Positions 55,943 through 64,000 of a stretch of 64,000 nucleotides of DNA are shown here, piece by piece. The notes beneath the pieces are model-generated. The model did no database searches, had not been told where the DNA came from, and worked only from the letters and a program-made list of their open reading frames with translations. Numbering within the stretch: the first letter of the stretch is position 1; every line of letters starts with the position of its first letter. This DNA comes from Phoronis australis. Its lineage: Eukaryota > Animalia > Phoronida. The stretch spans positions 209,812-273,811 of the forward strand of contig NMRA01000565.1 of NCBI GenBank assembly GCA_002633005.1, read 5' to 3'. A program made the position numbers and the translations under genes.

Positions 55943-56906
55943 CAGAAACTATATTGCTTAACAATCAGCAATTGAATGTTATATGTTATAAACTGGATAC
56001 AATATAAACATGCAGGAGTCTTCAAGGTATTTGAGAGCTGGACGTACAGTAGTGAGGCGAAAAAATGGTCGGACAGGCACAAGAAGCCCTTCAACATTTG
56101 AGTATGTGTGAAAACGTTACGACACACTCCAGAAAAGAAATTTAAAACGATGCGTACCTCCTGTTTCCCTTGTTGTCCCAACGGAAGTCACTTAAAATAT
56201 GAAACCTGATTGAGGAGTGTTACAACACCTGTTTGAAGAACCTATAGCAGTATACAGAAAGGGTTCCATCTGCATAAAATTACACCGGGTTGTTACAATT
56301 TCTTCGTAAAAGGCCACCACCAAAATAAAACTTTCGCACCCCAATGCCGTCCTTATATATCCTCATTTCTTTTCTTATAATCTGTTACAGAAAGGTACAC
56401 AAGTTGATAGCTAAAAACATTTTAAAAACTTTTTTATTGCACCAGGCGACATTTCACGAAAAGATACCTTTTCTCTTGATAGGCAGCATTTGTTTCGGAC
56501 ATGATAACAGAAGAAGTAAACTACTTAAAGGCACAAAAATGCCGACAACGACAAGGTCGGATCAAGGCACAGTATTCATGCCCGACATTGATGGTTCAAA
56601 CGAATTTAAAATCAGTTTCCAAGAAATCTTGAGGTAATTACTCAGCTAAAACCTTAACATTGACAATCATTTCATCCGGTTGTATCCAACATAGCTAAGA
56701 TTGTCGTCTTCAATTTTTGTTTGCGAACAATTCATGGGGGAGATTCATGAAGCTTTTCAGCCTGAATGCGAGTCATGATCACCTTTACTTTGTAACTATG
56801 TTTTGTTTTGCAATGACATCACGTCTTAAGTGCGACCTCACATACAGGCTTTGATAAAACGGACCTTAGATGTAGTGAATGTAACAGTCGCGACAAGCTG
56901 TGCAAC

Positions 56907-57317
56907 CATAGATTATAAACAGATTCGCAACTCCATTTTCTTACGTAGTATCCTAGAGGAGGCAGCACTCTCCTAAATTACCAATATCAGTCTTCGGTTA
57001 GTGTATTGTGACAGGAAATTCTCGCATCTATTTTACTGTCCTGTACAGGGTAGAACGAAAAAAAATATAAATAATTTCAGCATTGAAACTTTGTTCAAAG
57101 TCTTCCAATAATAGAACTGTTGGTATCGTGAGTACTTTTGGTACCCGACCACACAACAGCCGACCATGATTAGCAGACGTTGTACTTGCCGGAAGTAAAA
57201 CTTGCTAATTTTGACAGATGTCGCTAGTAAATAGTGACGTCACGGCTTGTGCCTAAGATCTCAGATTTCGTCCATTGAAAGTATTGGGAGTTGTTGGTCC
57301 ATGTACTATAGTCTAAG
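56907..57317. mobile_element. MITE with catagattata / tatagtctaag ends (possibly P-element related); second copy at 32971-33247 in opposite orientation
   Basis: Absent at the orthologous site in copy A (~15318); imperfect 7-bp TSD gtgcaac/gggcaac. Confidence 0.55.
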
Positions 57318-57549
57318 GGGCAACGGATGTCTTTAGAAGTTTCATAGAACACAAAAAATTACGTTCCGGCCATTTTTGAATTGCTCCTAAAGGCTTTCCA
57401 TTATTGCGGGTATCAGATATTAAACACACTTAGATCTTACCATGTGTTGGAGACGGTGTGTCCACAACCGGTTTTTGTATCGCAGGTTTTGCTGCAATCA
57501 TAAACAAGGACATCGATACGATATTAACGTGAGATGTCAAGAGTTAAAC

Positions 57550-57661
57550 ATGGGCGGCACAGCACTCAAAAAGTGGGGGCTATAGCTCAACCCTAACAAC
57601 TGTGTGATGCACCGCCCATAGGCCATAGGGCGGTGCAGCACCCTATGGTGCGCTGCTTACA
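57550..57661. mobile_element. Short MITE-like insertion, related to ~51047-51117
   Basis: Flanked by a ttaaac duplication; absent in copy A. Confidence 0.5.
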
Positions 57662-57910
57662 TTAAACAATTACCTGCACAAGTTATAATTAGTGTTGGTA
57701 TCAAAATGTTTGCTCTTGTAACCAATTCGCGACTTGAAACAATTCCCAAGCAGTCATAATCAAATCGACTAATTACATGTAGTTATTCCATACGGCCAAC
57801 GTGTCCGCCTCTTAATGAAGTATCTTGACTTTAGCGTTAGTCGACAACTTCACACGTGAAAACGCTCAACTTCTGTCGGTTGCCAGTGACAACTTCACTT
57901 AAACACCCAC

Positions 57911-58210
57911 CTGCAGTCCTTGTAATGATTAGTTTGGATGCTGTGTACGTTACATCCCGCACAGTGTTGGACGCATAGCACACGAACACAGATTCTGTGG
58001 CTGTGATGGAGAGGACGGCGCCAGCGACGCTACCACTTAAACCGATCTGGCGCCAACTGTACTGGTGAGGAGCGGGAACGGGCGGAGACGAAGGGTTAAC
58101 ACCACAAGTTAAACTGACTTGATCATTGACGTAGTAGTCAAATGGTGAAGTACACTGAGTGGTGGACGTCTTGCACACTTGAATGTTAGCATGGGATACA
58201 GGCACAGGTG
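57911..58210 (-). CDS. Copy B third Ig exon (intact 300-nt copy downstream of a partial duplicate at 58211-58383)
   Basis: cgtccag|cacctg re-creates an AG at the exact exon start; |gtgggt donor as in copy A. Confidence 0.6.
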
Positions 58211-58750
58211 CTGGACGATCTGGAGCCAACTGTACTGGTGAGGAGCGGGAATGGGCGGAGACGAAGGGTTGACACCACAAGTTAAACTGACATGATCATT
58301 GACGTTGTAGTCAAATGGTGAAGTACACTGAGTGGTGGACGTCTTGCACACTTGAATGTTAGCAGGGGATACAGGCACAGGTGCTGGTTGAGAAATTAAG
58401 CGTATAAGAAACCACAACGAAATCTAATCAACGTTCCGTGTATGACTAACAATGCTCGCTCATTTCAGGAATTTCATAGCTTACTGGGAAAAATGTTATT
58501 CACTTTAACATTAAGTTATCTTTTAAACGGGGAGACACAGACATTGACGTCACATTAACCAACACAAAACATGTCATAATTCTACTTAATATTTGACGTG
58601 AAAATGGCGCTCATCTACGTGAACACTTAATGCGGAAGAACGAACAACATGAGAACGAAAACATGTTAAAATTCTTTAAGTCCTTTCAACAATGCATTGT
58701 ACATGTACCACACACACCTTCTGATACAGTTTCGGAATAATCTATCTTAC

Positions 58751-59074
58751 CTATCACCTTAATGGTCCCAGTTTGAACTGACAAAATAGCCTGCCTGTTG
58801 GACACGTGACACCGGAATTGTACACCGTCATCAGCTGTATCCAGGTTGACCGTCAGTGTACTAGTGCCGTTAGTTGTCCCATCTGCGTTGTTGACGACAC
58901 TGATAATAACATTCTCAGTTATGCTGGTGTATGCAGTGTTATCATTCCGGCGTGACCACACCATGGCAGCCTGTGGTTTGCCCAAGTTGGCTGTGCACGT
59001 GAGGACAGTCGGTCCTGCTCCACCAAGGACAGGTTGTGAAGGAGCTCCAGATATAGATGGCGTACCTGGGAGGA
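58751..59074 (-). CDS. Copy B C2-set Ig exon
   Basis: 324 nt, intact frame and splice sites; ~70% aa identity to 30636-30959 by eye. Confidence 0.8.
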
Positions 59075-59502
59075 CTGACAAAAACAGCAGGATAGGATAC
59101 GGAGTCGAATCTCCTCTAACCTGATTCGCAGCTCAACCATTCCCAGGTCGCCGCGTCCGCGGTCGCTTTTCTAGTAACCTATTTTACAAAATTCTTAAAA
59201 GAGTTACAGTACTTGATAACCAAACTGTCAAACGATGGAATACTATTTGTCATGAGCAAAAGGACGCCCTCTTTTGGTGCTTTTGCTATTAGCAGGAAGG
59301 GATTGGTAATGACTTCCTGCTATTAAGCAAGTACGGCATCAGAACATTGTTCCTGCAATTGTTTTGTTAGACATTACGGGAAGTGGATCAATTGAATAAA
59401 GGTAATTTTTTAAAGACACAACCGAAATCACGTTTTGCAAACAACTCCCTCAATTGGAGCTGATTCGAAGAACTGTTAAAATTAACGAATTGGTTTGCTT
59501 AA

Positions 59503-60670
59503 AGGCGTAGGCAACATTTTTTATGTCACTTTTAGCAAAAATAAGGTTCGTTGATTATCCCAGACGCATTTTTCTCTTAATTAAAGCTTTTCTTAATTTG
59601 ATTAATTTCTCATCCTCTACTCCGGAAGGGAAGTTTTGGGAGGCAAGAGTTTCGCGCCAATTTCTTTTCATTATAGTCTGACCATGAGAGCTGTCAAGTC
59701 AGTCATTGTTCAACCTCGGTTATCATAAGTTCGGTCGTCGTTTGCTTTTGTTTACAAGTCAGTCAACATGCCACGCTGTTGCTGCGTGCCGGGATGTACT
59801 CATTATCATCTCACACGCGTTTTGGGTACCTTGCGTCGATTTCCGAAGGATGACACACTTCGNNNNNNNNNNNNNNNCTGCGAAACAACGCCTGAAGAAG
59901 GGTACCATACCGTCGCTGTTGATTCCGGGCATTGCCCCGTCGCCAACCCCGAGAAGTGCGTTTTTGAAGCGAGAAGCCTCGCGAGCTGTGGCCACTATAC
60001 ACAGTGACTGGAGGCACTTCATCTACTGTCACCCATGCCGCCGAACGTACACCATTGCGTGCAATTCCGGGAACTAGCACTGATTCGCCCTGTCTCTAGC
60101 CCAGAGCCTGTAAGCAGCGCTGCAGCTATGTTGAGTAGTGGGAGTGAATACAGGCCCAGTTCGACACCCAGTGAAGAGGACAGTTCGTCATCCAATGAAC
60201 AGATCGGTGAGCCTAAGTTTGATAAGTTTATTGTGGACTTGTATTGGAGCTATTTATAAGGTGCCAGTTGTGTGGTGAGGGACTCACACGGTGGGAGCTA
60301 AGCTGTTTGGGTGCTCAGATCACCCTCCAGTGGGAGTGTGTCGCGGGATACTCGGGCAAGTGGGACAGTTCTTCCTCTGTACGTGAGACGATAATGAGTA
60401 CACCCCAGTACGCAGCAACAGCGTGCCATGTTGACTGACTTGTAAGCAAAAGCAAACGACGACCGAACTTATCACAACCGAGGTAGAACAATGAATGACT
60501 CGACTGCTCTCACAGTCTGGCTATAATGAAAAGAAATTGGCGCGAAACTCTTGTCTCCCAAAACGTCACTTCCGGAGTAGAGGACGAGAAATTATTAAAA
60601 TTACGAAAAGCTGTAATTCAGTGAAAAATGTTTCTGGGATAATCAACGAACCTTATTTTTGCTAAAAGTG
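59503..60670 (+). mobile_element. Related Kolobok derivative whose right side is an inverted copy of the left end
   Basis: TTAA-aggcgtaggcaac left end; THAP ORF from 59768; ~60383-60670 is the reverse complement of ~59528-59815; terminal ~25 bp and TSD are missing on the right. Confidence 0.75.
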
Positions 60671-60735
60671 GTGCAGTGGTAAACTCGGCGACTCGCAACT
60701 GTTGAGGCCCGGGTTCGATTCCGGCCTCGGTTTCC
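60668..60735 (+). mobile_element. tRNA-derived sequence (SINE head or tRNA pseudogene)
   Basis: A-box gtggtgcagtggtaa and B-box ggttcgattcc; imperfect cloverleaf. Confidence 0.5.
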
Positions 60736-61104
60736 CGACAACACTAGTGAGATAATTTGATGGGTTATTACACGGTTGTATCTGCCATTCGAGGCTAATA
60801 TTATGCTATAAAGAAGTTGTGCAATTGGTTTCAAACGATTTAAGAGTTTTATTTTTTCTAAATAAATACTATTTACGTTTCACTGCAAATTATTCACATC
60901 TTGGTATGAAAATTGAATGTATAAACACACAGTGTAGCATCGGAAGTAACTATTTGAATTCGTCGTGAGCAATTATTTATTACATGACCTCAAGGGAGAA
61001 TGGGATAAGCAATGAGTAACTGACAATAGACATATTAGAATTAAATTAAAATGTTCTGGTGATAGGAACTGGTCATGAGAGAAGAGTCCAGACAACGAAA
61101 AGGG

Positions 61105-62026
61105 ATTGCCTTGAATACAGAAATGGATACAAATTCCATATGGCTTTTACTTGTCGTAAGAGCCCATGTGCCAAACGACATTCGGAGAGCGGACTCCATA
61201 CCTCCTCCGAACTAGCCGTTTACATCGTGTAGCTTCTGCACCAGAGGGATCAATGACAGATAACAACTGCCGAATTGTCTCTCGTGGTACATTTAAAGCA
61301 TTTGTTACGCACTTCTGATGCATAAATCTGTAACCGTGCATCTGACCTGAACCCGCGACCTGTTCTTCAACAAAACGAACCACTACATCAAATTCAGACA
61401 GGCTTTTACGGCACGGAAGTCCGTAAGATGCCAAAACACGTCGCAATTGCCTTGTGCTTAGTGACACTCCAAAACGGCGCATGAGTGCATCTGTTATTTC
61501 ATTTAGAGTCAGTCCTAGCTTCAATAAATCGACAATATGCTTCTTTCGGTCCTCCATTTTAATTTGAAACCGATAGAGTTATTAGTCTATCGACAGAGTT
61601 ATTAAGACTATCGATAGAGATAGTTAGTCTATCGATATAGTTAATAATTCTATCGATAGAGATAGCAAGTCTATCGATAGAGATACTAAGTCTATCGATA
61701 GAGTTAGTAAGTTTGTCGATAGAGTTAGTAAGTCTATCGCTAGAGTTAGTAAGTCTATCGATAGAGTTAGTAAGTCTATCGATAGAGATAGTAAGTCTAT
61801 CGATAGAGTTATTAAGTCTATCGATAGAGATAGTAAGTCTATCGATAGAGTTATTAAGTCAATCGATAGAGTTAGTAAGTCTATCGATAGAGATACTAAA
61901 TCTATCGATAGAGTTAGAAAGTCTATCGATAGAGTTAGTAAGTCTATCGATAGATTTAATAAGTCTATCGATAGAGTTAGCAACGGAGAAAAAAAGTTGC
62001 CGTGCCGTCCTTTTACAGCCACCGTA
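61105..62026 (-). mobile_element. IS3EU-like (integrase-core) DNA transposon 5' remnant
   Basis: ORF 61147-61557 with HTH region plus GYRFM..IDPSG..RRRY..PNVVWH, continuing YDK*KPYGICI after a nonsense codon; terminus TACGGTGG at 62026; other end not found. Confidence 0.7.
61570..61981. repeat. 21-bp minisatellite (~19-20 units, aagtctatcgatagagttagt) with palindromic core CTATCGATAG, subterminal to the IS3EU-like element
   Basis: Directly visible; produces the spurious LSIDLLT/LSIELVS ORFs. Confidence 0.95.
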
Positions 62027-62199
62027 GAAACTAGGTGCGACAGACGACTTCGCAGAAATCGGAGGTTCCGAAGCCGAAGGTGGCGTGGTTGCTGTCACAA
62101 GCGCTTGAGTTTATCTGTTCCTCGATCGACACTACTAATAAGTTACCTTTTGTTGCAGTCGAAGTGTTTGTGGACATCATGCAAATGGTTTCAAACACT

Positions 62200-63250
62200 T
62201 AACTGGCGGGTAATTCTAGCTCAACTCATACTCAGATATTCCGTCGTGAGGAGCTTCTAATCCAACACTAGACTTCTCTGGCACTGTTTATTCACGATGC
62301 ATGGTCTTAAGTAGAATATTTTGCAACTGTTTTTATGCGGTTACCTCTTGGGTTGACTTAGCCGTTTTTGTAATCGTCTGGCAGGGGCACTCAGGGGCGG
62401 ATCCAGGATTTTGAGTTAGGGGGGAACAGGGTACCGGAATAAACAGAATTTTGCCTCGTGCGTGCACTCAGACTAAAGTGTAGGGATGTAGGAGGTCTCG
62501 AATGTTTGGGCTTCTGGAACTTATTACAAAAAAACAAACGAGGTTTACTTAAGGCCTATGCATTGTGTATTTGCCCCCCGAACCCCCTGGGTGCACGCAT
62601 ATCCTAGTCAGCAATTCGCACCCCGAACTGCCAAATGGAATCTGGGAGAATTTTAGAAGGGCCATGGCCTCCTTGTCACNCAAATCCGCCACTGGCACCC
62701 CACTGCCGAAATTTTCTGGCATCTAACTGTTGTGCCATGTACTGTGATAATGAACATCGTGCAATTGGTATCGAACGGTTACCTGTAAGGTTCATCTAGC
62801 TGATCTCAGGTATTTGTGCGTGTCTGGCAGGGCTATCCCACTACTAGATTTGTATGGCAGTGTTTATTCATGACTAATTCCTGGGCTTACAATGAATCTT
62901 TTGCAACTGGTTTTATGCGGTTACCTCTTGGGTTGTTCTAGCTCAAATTTTAAACCTTTTAATAATCGTCTGCAGGGGCACCCCACCACTGGCATCTAGC
63001 TGTTATGTCATGTGAAGTGATGCTGAACATCGAGCAATTGGTTTCAGACGGCTACCTGGTGGGTTGATCCAGCTCAACTCGAAAATAATTATTTGGGCGT
63101 GTCTTTTATACACCGCTAAATTTGTTTGACATCGTTTATTCAGCGTGATACGTTGGTTTACGGTGAATATTTTGCAACTGGTTTCATGCGGTTACCTCTT
63201 GGAATCCTCAACTCAACTTTTATTCTGTTAATAACCGTCTGGCTGATATT
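62200..63250. repeat. Diverged tandem repeat, ~3 units of ~270-280 bp
   Basis: ttttgcaactg.ttt.atgcggttacctcttgg recurs at ~62320, ~62900 and ~63170 (first unit lengthened by a MITE). Confidence 0.7.
62392..62694 (+). mobile_element. Short MITE family copy carrying a nested second MITE
   Basis: Flanks gcact/gcacc; internal gtgcgtgcactcag...ctgggtgcacgcat. Confidence 0.65.
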
Positions 63251-63755
63251 TAAATTGTCTAGCAGTGACCAATTTTGATACAGTGGATTGACGTAGTTGG
63301 TATCGACGGCAGTTTTAAGTGATTACCAGAAAAATTGATCTTGCTCAATTTTCAAGTGTCGTTTTCTTGGCTCCCCTGACCACTCCCACCAGAGCAAACC
63401 TGCCAGACTGCCATTTGCAAACGTGAGGATATCCACAGAGCACTATGGCACAAAAGAAAATTGGTTACCTTTTCATGTCCAAAAGCTATGGGATCCCGGT
63501 CTAACACTAACTTTAAGTTCACAATTACGATACTGTTGCCCAAGCTTCCTGACCTTTAACTAACCATGCGTTCTTATGATTGGTTGGGGTTATGGCGCTA
63601 AGCGTCACCTAGCAGATCACGAATGTTACAAATTTCTGGCGATGAGTGCACTGACTTGATTATTAAGTGTTGATGATGGACTCCCTGACAGAGATGACAG
63701 TGATGCATCCACATGTCTATAGGTGGGCGCATAACAAGAAACAATTATTACTTAC

Positions 63756-64000
63756 CTGTTGCACCGGCACTTGTATGGTTGAAATGGTACCAATAGCTTT
63801 ATAAAAGAACCATTTTCTCCAGGAATCTGTTTTATTTTTTTCATCTTGTGCTTTTTACATGGTTTACGCTTCATTGCTTTTCTGGTAGTGTGTATGGCAG
63901 TGGCTGTCGTCGTTGGCTCACTCGTCATAGCTTTGGTGGTAGTATCTAGGTAAGCTGTCGTCGTTGGCTCACTGGTCATTGATTTTGCGGTAGTGTCTGG
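63756..64000 (-). CDS. Exon of a different gene: Thr-rich mucin-like repeats (DTTxKxMTSEPTTTA) plus a basic, Cys-containing segment; runs off the window
   Basis: Open frame, 51-54-nt repeats, strong AG|gtaagt donor. Confidence 0.5.

Larger units (their letters stand above)
44226..59074 (-). pseudogene. IgSF receptor copy B (partial paralogue or pseudogene): exons 58751-59074, 57911-58383 (or 57911-58210), 57441-57491, 55279-55423, 49179-49278, 45519-45558, 45275-45349, 44226-44503
   Basis: Exon-by-exon homology to copy A with retained splice sites and open frames. However, a 173-bp internal duplication frameshifts exon D3 if the original acceptor is used, and no leader or V exon is found up to 64000. 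Functional status is unresolved. Confidence 0.65.
39368..59497 (+). repeat. Second unit of a tandem segmental duplication (homologous to 1-~31345)
   Basis: Collinear matches: 1/39368, 4136/~40098, 5735/41826, 7958/44226, 12925/55279, 30636/58751, ~31340/~59490; roughly 80-85% identity by eye, with lineage-specific TE insertions. Confidence 0.9.

Noticed and set aside
61570-61981. CRISPR-like array or leucine-zipper ORFs (61624-62022, 61713-62027)
   Set aside because: Units are contiguous with no unique spacers, the context is eukaryotic and there are no cas genes; the ORFs are by-products of a 21-bp minisatellite.

Overview
Eukaryotic, intron-rich genomic DNA (~40% GC). The transposon repertoire suggests a marine invertebrate animal; the species cannot be determined from the sequence. 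The window is dominated by a tandem segmental duplication (position 1 corresponds to ~39368) carrying two minus-strand paralogues of an apparently uncharacterised immunoglobulin-superfamily receptor. Copy A (34767->7958) can be assembled by hand from 10 GT-AG exons with matching phases into a 585-aa type I membrane protein. It has a signal peptide, a cysteine-less V-type Ig domain, two further Ig domains, a short Pro-rich stalk, a TM helix, a juxtamembrane CxxC, and a tail with YSEL/YVNV/YEGL/YEKL/YEIV tyrosine motifs (ITAM/ITIM/Grb2-like). Copy B (59074->44226) lacks visible leader and V exons, has a partly duplicated third-Ig exon and many amino-acid changes. Introns and flanks are packed with TEs: an Academ > MULE-like > LINE > Kolobok four-level nest, further Kolobok (THAP + KolX) deletion derivatives, an IS3EU-like remnant with a 21-bp array, several MITE families, and a tRNA-headed element with inverted hammerhead-ribozyme arms and a 13-bp TSD. 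All exon, TSD and divergence calls were made by eye; no database searches were run.
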